Source of the DNA: Rickettsiales bacterium
GTDB lineage: Bacteria; Pseudomonadota; Alphaproteobacteria; Rickettsiales; UBA3002
NCBI GenBank assembly: GCA_022763105.1
Contig: JALEGK010000019.1
Span: 357-64,356, forward strand
Direction: 5' to 3'
DNA: 64,000 nucleotides
Numbering within the stretch: position 1 is the first letter of the stretch; each line of letters starts with the position of its first letter. Shown piece after piece: positions 20,183 to 28,941 of the stretch. The notes beneath the pieces were generated by a model that was not told the origin of the DNA, ran no database searches, and was given only the letters and a program-made list of their open reading frames with translations. The position numbers and the translations under genes are program-made.

Positions 20183-20248
20183 AGGCGTTCGCTTGACTTC
20201 TACCCCTCTTGATATATGAATTCAGTCCCTTTTTGCGGACAGATGGCC
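20183..20248 (+). repeat. Direct repeat copy 1: duplicated tRNA-Ser promoter plus the first 12 nt of the tRNA
   Basis: 63 of 66 positions are identical to 20351-20416, at an offset of 168 bp. Confidence 0.9.
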
Positions 20249-20339
20249 CGGTAGAAGCGTTCAAGCGCCACGAGGGCTTGCGTCGCTTCGCTCCTTATTT
20301 GTCGAAGGCGCACCGAAGCACGCGTTTTACGCGTGTTCG
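20237..20339 (+). pseudogene. Truncated, rearranged tRNA-Ser-derived element (5' acceptor and D-arm pieces, remodelled anticodon hairpin, no T-arm or 3' end)
   Basis: GGACAGATGGCC, then a roughly 53-nt insert, then GTCGAAGGCGCAC, then CCGAAGCACGCGTTTTACGCGTGTTCGG. This shares blocks with the genuine tRNA-Ser downstream. Confidence 0.45.
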
Positions 20340-20350
20340 GGATATATAAT

Positions 20351-20416
20351 AGGCGTGCGCTTGACTTCTCCCCCTCTTGATATATGAATTCATTCCCTTT
20401 TTGCGGACAGATGGCC
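20351..20416 (+). repeat. Direct repeat copy 2 (functional tRNA-Ser promoter and 5' end)
   Basis: See copy 1. Confidence 0.9.
20361..20389 (+). promoter_or_regulatory. Putative sigma70-type promoter of tRNA-Ser (TTGACT ... TATGAA/ATGAAT)
   Basis: TTGACT at 20361-20366 and an AT-rich -10-like element 16-17 nt downstream. The mature tRNA 5' end is at 20405. The same element is duplicated at 20193. Confidence 0.4.
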
Positions 20417-20495
20417 GAGTGGTCGAAGGCGCACGCCTGGAACGCGTGTAGGCGGTGACCCCGTCTCGAGGGTTCGAATCCCTCTCTGTCCGCCA
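20405..20495 (+). tRNA. tRNA-Ser (anticodon GGA), class II with a long variable arm and encoded CCA
   Basis: Hand-folded: acceptor GGACAGA/TCTGTCC, anticodon stem CACGC/GCGTG with loop CTGGAAC, T-arm GAGGG-TTCGAAT-CCCTC. Confidence 0.93.
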
Positions 20496-20581
20496 TTCCT
20501 TCCAAACATCTAAATGCTTGCACTTTTGAAGTGCTTGAATTATCTGCATTACCCTCTGAGCACAACATTATGGAGGAAAGA

Positions 20582-20983
20582 ATGAGTTTAGCTAAAGAAT
20601 TTAAAGAATTTGCCATGCGTGGCAATGTGGTCGATATGGCCGTTGGTATCATCATCGGTGCTGCATTTGGTAAGATTGTCGCCTCATTGGTTAAAGATGT
20701 GGTGATGCCAGTTGTTGGTATGCTGGCGGGCGGTATTGATTTTACCGATATGAAATATGATCTGGTAGCGGCAAAAGAAGGCATGGATGCCGTCACCATC
20801 AATTACGGTATGTTCATTCAGACCACTTTCGACTTCGTCATCGTTGCATTCGCCATCTTCATGATGATTAAGGGCATGAATTCACTGAAGCGTAAGGAAG
20901 AAGAAGCACCGGCAGAGCCAGCAGCTCCACCACGCGAGGAAGTCTTGCTTGAAGAAATTCGCGATCTTCTCGCGAAGAAGTAG
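20582..20983 (+). CDS. mscL: Large-conductance mechanosensitive channel
   Basis: Starts [33 protein letters not shown], with a GGAGGAAAG RBS. ATG 20582 is preferred over the longer ORF-track start. Confidence 0.93.
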   Translation: MSLAKEFKEFAMRGNVVDMAVGIIIGAAFGKIVASLVKDVVMPVVGMLAGGIDFTDMKYDLVAAKEGMDAVTINYGMFIQTTFDFVIVAFAIFMMIKGMNSLKRKEEEAPAEPAAPPREEVLLEEIRDLLAKK

Positions 20984-20997
20984 GGTTAACAATATTG

Positions 20998-21036
20998 CTG
21001 ACGCCGCTAAGTGATTAGTGGCGTCGGTATTTTATG
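20998..21036 (+). terminator. Putative intrinsic terminator after mscL
   Basis: 8-bp stem CTGACGCC/GGCGTCGG (one G-U pair), 14-nt loop, then TATTTTAT. Confidence 0.5.
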
Positions 21037-21045
21037 TTATAGAAA

Positions 21046-22209
21046 TTATTGCTGAACAGCCGGAGAGGCCTCTTGTTTTGCTTTGGCTAATGCAGCTAAC
21101 ATGGCGGCGCCATCTGCATCTTCTGCGACGGTTATACCATCCATATCTTTGATATCGACGACATTGTCGTTATTGATATCTAACGCTGCGAGCAACTCGA
21201 CATTACGTGCCTGTTGATCATTTCCTGAAATACTAATACCGGAGGCAATCTCACCACCTTCAGCTAATAGTTTTCCTAATGCGCGGCCAAGTTTTAGCTT
21301 TTCCGTTGGTCCGTTTTCATCAAACAAACCGCCTTCTCCTCTGGTCCATTCCTGAGGTGGCACATCTTTTCCTGACACTTCTTGATCTAAACTCAAGATA
21401 GGCTGACCATCAGGTCCGATCACTGCCTCGCCACGCTTAGCACGCTCCATAAGCAGTTTGTTGGTATCGACATAAGCTACGATACGACGCGCATCAATTT
21501 CTTTTACGCGTGCCAAGTTACTGCCGTTACCTTCTGAGATAATGTATTTTCCGGTTTTTTCATTGTAGCCAATAATAGTGACGACGTGACATCCGCTAGC
21601 ACCAGCACCTGGAAGTGCTGCTACACATGGGAAATCAAAATCTTTGGGTGGAGCTCCATCTGCTCGCGCATCATATTTTGCAGCATAATCAGTAAATGAA
21701 CGTGCCCATAATGGGTTATTCTGCATGAAGAGCTGACCACCAAAAACACGCTCTGCGCACATATGAGTGTAACCACCACACCATGCAAGGCTGCCAGCAC
21801 CTGAAATCTGGCCAATTTGGCTTCTATTTTCATGGAAGCCTTGGCTACCCATGCGTTCTAGGAAATTTTTCCAGCGGTCACCGTAGGTTTCGCCTTCTAT
21901 TTCTTTCGTGTAAGCGGCGGCAACATCAGTACCTTCAAACTTATCAAGATCCGGTAAAAAGCCCTGACCTTTTTTGACACCAACATTTCCAACGCCACCA
22001 AAATTAGAGAAATATTGGCCTCTCAAACCGCCAGAAAATACTCTCTCGAATCCTTCACCGTAAATGGCGATCAACGCATCACGAATATGCTCGTATGCCT
22101 TACGTTCTTCATCTTCCGATGGGGCTTTTTTGAGATAACGTAATGTCTCTTCGCGCTCGGCATTGAGCAGCGCTACATCATATTCATCTTGTTTCGTTTT
22201 ATCGGCCAT
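21046..22209 (-). CDS. CHAP/NlpC-P60-like cysteine peptidase/amidase domain protein with a C-terminal EF-hand/dockerin-like loop; no signal peptide
   Basis: Cys motif SLAWCGGYTH, His motif GCHVVTIIGY and polar motif ISEGNGSN occur in the order expected for a papain-like CHAP fold. DINNDNVVDIKD fits a Ca-binding loop. Confidence 0.5.
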   Translation of the reverse strand: MADKTKQDEYDVALLNAEREETLRYLKKAPSEDEERKAYEHIRDALIAIYGEGFERVFSGGLRGQYFSNFGGVGNVGVKKGQGFLPDLDKFEGTDVAAAYTKEIEGETYGDRWKNFLERMGSQGFHENRSQIGQISGAGSLAWCGGYTHMCAERVFGGQLFMQNNPLWARSFTDYAAKYDARADGAPPKDFDFPCVAALPGAGASGCHVVTIIGYNEKTGKYIISEGNGSNLARVKEIDARRIVAYVDTNKLLMERAKRGEAVIGPDGQPILSLDQEVSGKDVPPQEWTRGEGGLFDENGPTEKLKLGRALGKLLAEGGEIASGISISGNDQQARNVELLAALDINNDNVVDIKDMDGITVAEDADGAAMLAALAKAKQEASPAVQQ

Positions 22210-22268
22210 AACAACTAAATTAGTTAGTATTTCGTAGTATCATCATACGTGAATCATGTTCCAATTAC

Positions 22269-22296
22269 ATGACACTGACATGACAGTTTGATGACA
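22269..22296. promoter_or_regulatory. Three ATGACA hexamers phased at exactly 11 bp, upstream of the CHAP-like gene
   Basis: ATGACA occurs at 22269, 22280 and 22291, 60-87 nt upstream of the start at 22209. Confidence 0.35.
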
Positions 22297-22328
22297 ATAG
22301 AGGGTTTTTTCGTTAAAAAACGAGAAGC

Positions 22329-24266
22329 TTAGTTGGTTTGATTGGCGGCAACGTCAGAGGCAGCATCGATACCGATTGCCTTCATAGCAGCGCGTTTGAT
22401 TGCTTCGGCGCTCAAGCCTGCTTCTTCGTACATTTCTTCAGGTTTTGCCTGATTTTGGAACGTATCTGGCAGACATAGCACGCGTAGCTTCGCGGCTTTT
22501 ACTTCTGCATCGTAATCAAGCAGCCCTTCATTGGTTGCCCACTCCATGACATGAGAGCCAAAGCCACCGCTTGCGCCCTCTTCTACCGTTAGGACCACCT
22601 CGTGGGTTTGTAGTAGATTCTTGATCAGATCGGTATCGAGTGGTTTAGCAAATCGTGCATCGGCTACCGTGCATGAAAGTCCTGAAGCATCAAGTGCTTG
22701 TGCGGCAATTTCACATTCTTGCAGACGACCACCGAAGTTGAGAAGTGCGACTTTGCTGCCTTGCTTTACAATGCGGCCTTTACCGATTTCCAGCGGTAGC
22801 GGGTTCGCATCAATTTCTACGCCGACACCATTGCCCCTTGGGAAGCGGAAGGCGATTGGGCCGTGATGATAATTTGCCGCGGTTACGGTCATGCGAGCCA
22901 GCTCGGCTTCATCTCCGGCTGCCATAACGACCATGTTTGGCAGTGCCGTTAAATAGCCAATATCGAAAGCGCCTGCGTGGGTCGAGCCATCGGCACCGAC
23001 AAGACCAGCGCGGTCGATTGCAAAACGTACCGGTAAATTCTGAATGGCAACGTCATGCACAACTTGGTCGTAGGCGCGTTGCAGAAAAGTAGAATAGATC
23101 GCGCAGAATGGCTTATAGCCCTCTGCTGCTAGTCCTGCTGCAAAGGTCACGGCATGTTGTTCGGCTATGCCGACATCGTAGGTGCGGTCTGGGAATGCCT
23201 CACCGAATGCATCAATACCCGTGCCAGATGGCATGGCTGCGGTGATGCCGATGATTTTATCATCTTGCTCCGCGGCTTTGATGAGTTGATCAGCGAACAC
23301 TTTGGTATAGCTTGGCGCGGCTGGCTTGCTTTTTTGTTGTGCGCCAGTGATCACATCGAATTTACTAACCCCGTGATATTTATCGTCTGACTCTTCTGCC
23401 GGGCCATAACCATGGCCTTTGCGGGTAACTACATGGATGAGTACCGGCCCACTATCGCGCTCATCGCGGACATTACGCAGCACAGGCAGCAGATGATCGA
23501 GATTGTGGCCGTCTACCGGGCCAACATAATAAAAGCCCAGCGCTTCAAACATGGTGCCGCCCGTTGCTATGGTACGCGCATGCTGTTCGACCGACTTTGC
23601 CGCACGCGCCAGAGGCTCTGGGAATTTCTCGGCGACCATCTTGGCGACATGGCGCAGTGAATGGTATGAATGGCCCGAAATCAGGCGAGCTAAATAGGCA
23701 CTCAACGCACCGGTTGGTGGTGCAATCGACATATCATTATCATTGAGAATCACAATAAGGCGTTTACCGAGCGCACCGGCATTATTCATCGCTTCATAGG
23801 CCATGCCTGCACTCATCGCGCCATCGCCGATAACGGCGATCACATCATTGTCTTCGCCTTTATAATCGCGTGCGGTTGCCATACCAAGTGCCGCAGAGAT
23901 AGAGGTAGAGCTGTGGCCTGCGCCAAAGACATCATATTCGCTCTCTGAGCGTTTACAAAAGCCCGATAGGCCGTCTTTCTGACGAATCGTATCCATACGG
24001 TCGCGGCGGCCTGTGAGAATCTTGTGCGGATATGCCTGATGGCCGACATCCCAGATGACTTTATCTTTTGGAGTGTCGAACACGTGATGCAGCGCTACGG
24101 TTAGCTCGACCACGCCCAAGCCAGCACCTAAATGCCCGCCCGTTTTAGAGACGACCGATACCAATTCATGACGCACCTCATCGGCGAGCTGCTTTAGCTC
24201 GTCATCCGACAATTGCTTCATATCAGCAGGTGCATGCACCTGATCAAGTAACGGTGTCTGTGTCAT
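22329..24266 (-). CDS. dxs: 1-deoxy-D-xylulose-5-phosphate synthase
   Basis: Contains [14 protein letters not shown] and the TPP-binding motif [18 protein letters not shown]. 645 aa. Confidence 0.95.
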   Translation of the reverse strand: MTQTPLLDQVHAPADMKQLSDDELKQLADEVRHELVSVVSKTGGHLGAGLGVVELTVALHHVFDTPKDKVIWDVGHQAYPHKILTGRRDRMDTIRQKDGLSGFCKRSESEYDVFGAGHSSTSISAALGMATARDYKGEDNDVIAVIGDGAMSAGMAYEAMNNAGALGKRLIVILNDNDMSIAPPTGALSAYLARLISGHSYHSLRHVAKMVAEKFPEPLARAAKSVEQHARTIATGGTMFEALGFYYVGPVDGHNLDHLLPVLRNVRDERDSGPVLIHVVTRKGHGYGPAEESDDKYHGVSKFDVITGAQQKSKPAAPSYTKVFADQLIKAAEQDDKIIGITAAMPSGTGIDAFGEAFPDRTYDVGIAEQHAVTFAAGLAAEGYKPFCAIYSTFLQRAYDQVVHDVAIQNLPVRFAIDRAGLVGADGSTHAGAFDIGYLTALPNMVVMAAGDEAELARMTVTAANYHHGPIAFRFPRGNGVGVEIDANPLPLEIGKGRIVKQGSKVALLNFGGRLQECEIAAQALDASGLSCTVADARFAKPLDTDLIKNLLQTHEVVLTVEEGASGGFGSHVMEWATNEGLLDYDAEVKAAKLRVLCLPDTFQNQAKPEEMYEEAGLSAEAIKRAAMKAIGIDAASDVAANQTN

Positions 24267-24271
24267 AATGT

Positions 24272-24973
24272 TTAGCTAAGCGTGCCGAATAGATCTTCAA
24301 TATCCATTTGGCGGGTATCATCCGCTTTTTTCGCTTTCTTACCTGCTTTTGCAGGCGTTGCTGTTACTGGCTCTTCGCTGTTAACCACACGAATTGGCTG
24401 CAAATGCTGCTCGACAAACGCACGGCATTCTGCAGCTAAATCTTCGCGGTCCACGGTTTTTGGAGCCATTAAATAGCTCAGCCATAGGCCACGCACCATG
24501 GCGTGAAGCTGGCGAGCAAATAAATCTGCGCTATAGCCTTCTGGGTTTAGATTATTCCATAGGGCTGCGATAATCTGCTGAAGCTTGCTGTCGCTCTCAT
24601 CAATACGTTGACGATAGGCATCGTGGCTAGCCGCATGTCCCCAGAATGCAGAAAGGACATTCAGACGTTTTGGTGAGCAGACTTTACGGTCAAACAAAGC
24701 ATTGATCAGCGCATCAAGTTGCGCGCGCGTATCATTTTCTTTCTCTAAGGCACTGATCCAAATTGCTTCCACATCATCTAGCAGAGAGCTTAGTACGTCG
24801 CGCATCATCATTTCTTTAGATTGGAAATAGAAATTGATAATGCCGCGGGACATTCCGGCACCCTTCGAGATATGGGTGATGGTCGTTTCGGTCAAACCAC
24901 GTTTGGCAATAGAGTCAATGGTGGCGTTAATGAGCTGCTGCTTGCGCTTATCTTTCACATTTGTACGTGGCAT
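24272..24973 (-). CDS. TetR-family transcriptional regulator with a Lys/Ala-rich, then acidic, C-terminal tail
   Basis: N-terminal HTH ...[43 protein letters not shown] 24973 follows AAGGA; the ORF track extends to TTG 25006. The stop is 5 nt before the dxs start. Confidence 0.8.
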   Translation of the reverse strand: MPRTNVKDKRKQQLINATIDSIAKRGLTETTITHISKGAGMSRGIINFYFQSKEMMMRDVLSSLLDDVEAIWISALEKENDTRAQLDALINALFDRKVCSPKRLNVLSAFWGHAASHDAYRQRIDESDSKLQQIIAALWNNLNPEGYSADLFARQLHAMVRGLWLSYLMAPKTVDREDLAAECRAFVEQHLQPIRVVNSEEPVTATPAKAGKKAKKADDTRQMDIEDLFGTLS

Positions 24974-25100
24974 GCCGATATCCTTATTTCGTTGTTGGTT
25001 TAGCAATAGCGGGTTGAAGTCGTGACATCAAGTGAAAAGCCACCACTATGCATATCGCTTTTTTTTGTTATATATCAGAAGGATTTATGTGAACGAATAT

Positions 25101-25979
25101 TCATTCACTTGCTGACTGTTTAACAGAATCGAGGGCAAAAGACTCCGTCTGGTTGCAAAATTGACAAGTCACGCCAATCTCGCCATCTACGGCCATTTCC
25201 TCCAGCGCGCTGGCTTGCATGGTCTTTAGCGTATTCTCGATTTTCTCGCGCGAGCAGCGGCACCCATCGATCATTGGGTGTTCGTCATACACCCACACAC
25301 CATCTTCGTGATACAGGCGATGCAGCAAATCGCTGGTTGAAAGCGTTGTTGTCAGCAATTCTTGGTCTTGCAGGGTGGATAGCAATGCTTTTGCACGCGG
25401 CCATGCATCTTCATCCGCCTCTTTCTCATCAGGCATTTTCTCGATGTAAATACCGCTGGCAAGCCACCCTTGATAGTCAGAATCAGCGCCTGAAAGCTTA
25501 CCCACAGCGCAATGTAGCTGAATATCAAGCTGTTGGGATTGACTGAAATAGAGCTGCACGGCTTCTGGAATTGAATTGCCTTCAAGCGGCACTACCCCTT
25601 GGTAGCGCTGCGCGCCCTCGCCCGGATCAAGCGTGATTGCCAGATAACCTTCACCAAATAATGATGGCAGGTCGCTTTCAGCTTGGCTTACTGCTTCTTC
25701 ATCAAACTGCGCATAGCCGCGCAATGCGCCACCGTAAGCCGCATCGACAACCAGCAATGAAATAGCGCCTTTGCTTTGCACCTGAATGGTGAAGACGCCG
25801 TCTTGCTTGAGATTAGACGCCAGAATAGCCGCTACCACCAATGTCTCAGCTAGGGTGGATGAGACAAGATCAGGGTATTGATGCCGCGATAGGATATTGT
25901 CGACCACTTGGCCCAAACGCACACAGCGTCCGCGAACCGGCGCATTATTCAGCATAAAAGGTGTGAGCGAGTCGAGCAT
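25101..25979 (-). CDS. hslO: Redox-regulated chaperone Hsp33
   Basis: C-terminal zinc centre CRCSREK...CQFCN. 292 aa. Confidence 0.88.
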   Translation of the reverse strand: MLDSLTPFMLNNAPVRGRCVRLGQVVDNILSRHQYPDLVSSTLAETLVVAAILASNLKQDGVFTIQVQSKGAISLLVVDAAYGGALRGYAQFDEEAVSQAESDLPSLFGEGYLAITLDPGEGAQRYQGVVPLEGNSIPEAVQLYFSQSQQLDIQLHCAVGKLSGADSDYQGWLASGIYIEKMPDEKEADEDAWPRAKALLSTLQDQELLTTTLSTSDLLHRLYHEDGVWVYDEHPMIDGCRCSREKIENTLKTMQASALEEMAVDGEIGVTCQFCNQTESFALDSVKQSASE

Positions 25980-25982
25980 GAT

Positions 25983-26879
25983 CTAGACGTGATTCAGGCT
26001 CCAAAGCAGAATCGCTTTTTGTACATGCAGGCGATTCTCTGCTTCGTCAAACACAACAGATTGCGGGCCATCAAGCACCGCATCGGTTACTTCATCACCA
26101 CGGTGAGCAGGCAAGCAATGCATGAAGATGGCGCTGTCTTTTGCAAGGCTCATCAAGTCTTGATTCACCTGCAAATCAACAAAGCTTTGTCTGCGCGCTA
26201 ATGTATCGTCATCACCCATTGATACCCATGTATCGGTCACCACGACATCTACGTCGCGTACGGCTTCTTGCGGGGTATCGCAGAAGATGATGTTGTCATG
26301 ATCGTCATATCTCAGCTTAGGCTCGAAATTAGATGGGGTAATGACGCGAAGCGTGAAGTTGAGCTGTATCGCAGCTTCCATCCAGCTATGGCACATATTA
26401 TTGCCATCCCCTACCCACACAACGGTCTTACCTTCGATACCGCCTAGATGCTCTTTCATGGTCATCAGATCTGCCATGAGCTGACATGGGTGATGCATAT
26501 CGGTGAGTCCGTTAATGACAGGGATAGAGGCGTATTGCGCCAGCTCTTCAATGGTGGAATGCGAATTCGCACGAAGCATAAGTGCGTGCACATAGCGCGA
26601 AAGCACTTGCGCCGTATCTGCTACGGTTTCGCCGCGTCCCAATTGCAGATCATTTTTTTGCAAGACCATGGCGTCACCACCTAACTCGCGCATCGCGACA
26701 TCGAAAGAAACACGCGTGCGGGTTGATGGTTTTTCAAAAATCATCGCAAGCGTTTTGCCTTTTAAGGTATCGCGCAATGTACCTTCGCGGCGCTCTTGCT
26801 TGAGCTGAATAGCCAGATCCAGCATGGCTGTCAGTGCCGCAGCAGGTTGATCGATCAGATTGAGGAAATGATTACTCAT
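25983..26879 (-). CDS. argF: Ornithine carbamoyltransferase
   Basis: Contains STRTRVSFDVAM, HPCQ and HCLPAHRGDEV. ATG 26879 overlaps the argD stop (ATGA); the ORF-track N-terminal extension is rejected. Confidence 0.93.
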   Translation of the reverse strand: MSNHFLNLIDQPAAALTAMLDLAIQLKQERREGTLRDTLKGKTLAMIFEKPSTRTRVSFDVAMRELGGDAMVLQKNDLQLGRGETVADTAQVLSRYVHALMLRANSHSTIEELAQYASIPVINGLTDMHHPCQLMADLMTMKEHLGGIEGKTVVWVGDGNNMCHSWMEAAIQLNFTLRVITPSNFEPKLRYDDHDNIIFCDTPQEAVRDVDVVVTDTWVSMGDDDTLARRQSFVDLQVNQDLMSLAKDSAIFMHCLPAHRGDEVTDAVLDGPQSVVFDEAENRLHVQKAILLWSLNHV

Positions 26880-28087
26880 GAGGCTTCTCTTTCTGTTTGC
26901 ATCTGTTGGATGAGCGTTTCTTTGAATAGATCGCACGCTTTGATCACCTCTTCTTCGGTGATGATGAGTGGCGGAATCATACGCAACACGTTGCCATAAG
27001 CAGGTGCCAGCAACAAGCCGTTTAAGCGCAGGCTTTCGGCAAACGCACGTGCATCCGCTTTCATTTTAATACCGATCATCAGGCCGATACCTCGCACCTC
27101 GTCAATGAGAGTTGGGAATTCTTGGCGCAGGGCTTCGAGGCGTTGCACCAAAATACTGCCCGATAGATTGACCTGATCGAAAAAGCTATCTTCCAGCATC
27201 ACATCGAGCACAGCATTTCCGACGGCCATTGCGAGTGGGTTTGATCCGTAGGTAGAGCCGTGACAACCTGGCGTCATAGCGTTTGCAACTTTGGTGTTCA
27301 CAATCGTGGCGCCTAGCGGGAAGCCATTGCCGATTCCTTTGGCGCAGGCGACAATATCTGGTGTGACATCGAACAGTTGATGGATAAACAGCGCGCCAGA
27401 GCGACCATAACCACATTGCACTTCGTCGAAGAATAGCAACAACCCTTGATCATCACAGAGCTTGCGTAATGCTTGCAAGAATTCTTTATCGGCGACATGG
27501 ACACCGCCCTCACCTTGAATCGGCTCGATCAGGATGCCTGCTGTCTGATCGGTGATGGCGGCTTTGACCGCCTCGATGTCATTGAATGGGACATGATCGA
27601 AACCATCTAGTAATGGCTCGAAGCCTTCGCGTGCAATCTCGTTACCGCCTGCTGAAATACAGGTGATAGAGCGGCCATGAAAACCATTCTCGAACGTGAT
27701 GATGCGGTTACGCTTTGGCTCGCCATTGGCGTAATGGTAGCGACGCATGAATTTGATGCCGGATTCTACGGCTTCCGCACCCGAGCATGAGAAGAACACG
27801 CTATCGAGGTTGCATTGAGCAACAAGCCGTTCTGAGAAATCGAGTAGTTGGTCGTTTTTGTAGTTATTGGAGCAATGCCAGAGCAAATCAGCCTGATCTT
27901 TGAGCGCTGCCACAACCTTGGGATGGCAATGGCCCAGCGCATTCACCGCAATACCTGATGCGCAATCGAGATAGGCTTTGCCGGTGTCATCATAGAGGTA
28001 AACGCCCTCGCCTCGCACCATGGTGATATCGGCGCGGCGATAAACCGGCATATAAGATGTAACACTCGTTTCCAATAGCATACCCAA
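26876..28087 (-). CDS. argD: Acetylornithine aminotransferase (class III PLP aminotransferase)
   Basis: Has the typical class III layout and the Lys region DIVACAKGIGNGFPLGA. Sits in the conserved argD-argF-hslO order. Confidence 0.88.
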   Translation of the reverse strand: MGMLLETSVTSYMPVYRRADITMVRGEGVYLYDDTGKAYLDCASGIAVNALGHCHPKVVAALKDQADLLWHCSNNYKNDQLLDFSERLVAQCNLDSVFFSCSGAEAVESGIKFMRRYHYANGEPKRNRIITFENGFHGRSITCISAGGNEIAREGFEPLLDGFDHVPFNDIEAVKAAITDQTAGILIEPIQGEGGVHVADKEFLQALRKLCDDQGLLLFFDEVQCGYGRSGALFIHQLFDVTPDIVACAKGIGNGFPLGATIVNTKVANAMTPGCHGSTYGSNPLAMAVGNAVLDVMLEDSFFDQVNLSGSILVQRLEALRQEFPTLIDEVRGIGLMIGIKMKADARAFAESLRLNGLLLAPAYGNVLRMIPPLIITEEEVIKACDLFKETLIQQMQTEREAS

Positions 28088-28143
28088 TATTCAAAGAGGG
28101 GGGAGTATCGGGTTTGGCGGGGCAGAAGTCAACCGTGCAATGC

Positions 28144-28911
28144 TTAGGTTTTTAATCGCCAGCCTTTTGCGAGTAGCTGTTGTGTGATGGCCCAAAGCAC
28201 CACATCAATAACGACCAAAACCACAACGCCCGTCTCGATATCGCCGTCACTATAGCCCGTCATCGCGTAGCGGAAGCCATCAATCATGTAAAAGAACGGG
28301 TTAGCGAAGCTGATATGCTGCCAAAATTCAGGTAGGAAATTGATGGAATAGAAGGTCCCCGACAAGAATGCCAGCGGGGTAATGATATAGTTGGTGATGG
28401 CGGCTAGCTGGTCAAAGCTTTGCGACCAAATCCCTGTCAGCATGCCTATCAACGCCATCATAATACTGGCTGAAACAGAGAAAAAGATGAGCAAGCCCCA
28501 ATCATGCACCCCGATAGGCACAAAGGCGGCCATCGCGAATATCACGACAATACCTACAAAAATACCGCGCGTCACTCCGCCCATCGTCATGCTGAAGGTC
28601 ATTTCAGCGGGGCTGATTGGAGGCATGAGCAGGTCAATAATAACGCCCTGAATCTTCTGTAGCATAAGGGATGATGAGGCGTTGGCGAAGGCGTTCTGTA
28701 CAATCGCCATCATGATCAGACCGGGCGTAATGAACACCTCATACTCCATGCCACCAATTTCACGCCCCTGACGGCCAAGCGCCAAAACCAAAACGGCCAG
28801 AAATAAGAGGTTGGTAACAACGGGTGCGATCAGCGTCTGGTTCCAGACCTTTAAGAATCGCCATACTTCACGTTTATAGAGGGTGTGCACCCCAATCCAA
28901 TTGATGTCCAT
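28144..28911 (-). CDS. ABC-2 type transporter permease (no adjacent ATPase)
   Basis: 255 aa with six hydrophobic segments and an N-terminus MDINWIGVHTLYKREVWRFLKVWNQTLIAP typical of ABC-2/YadH-like permeases. Confidence 0.75.
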   Translation of the reverse strand: MDINWIGVHTLYKREVWRFLKVWNQTLIAPVVTNLLFLAVLVLALGRQGREIGGMEYEVFITPGLIMMAIVQNAFANASSSLMLQKIQGVIIDLLMPPISPAEMTFSMTMGGVTRGIFVGIVVIFAMAAFVPIGVHDWGLLIFFSVSASIMMALIGMLTGIWSQSFDQLAAITNYIITPLAFLSGTFYSINFLPEFWQHISFANPFFYMIDGFRYAMTGYSDGDIETGVVVLVVIDVVLWAITQQLLAKGWRLKT

Positions 28912-28941
28912 GTGACATACATAAGCTTGCCAAGGCTAAAA

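Noticed and set aside
20200-20802. 200-aa minus-strand ORF
   Set aside because: It runs antisense through the tRNA-Ser gene, its duplicated promoter and the 5' half of mscL, and has no coding-like features. It is an artefact of an open frame.
25983-26936. Long forms of argF (317 aa), map (288 aa, 53981-54847), the methyltransferase (245 aa, to 61827), the OMP (to 56302) and the TetR regulator (to 25006)
   Set aside because: In each case an internal start with a better RBS or gene-overlap context gives the canonical N-terminus. The extensions are not protein-like or overlap neighbouring genes.
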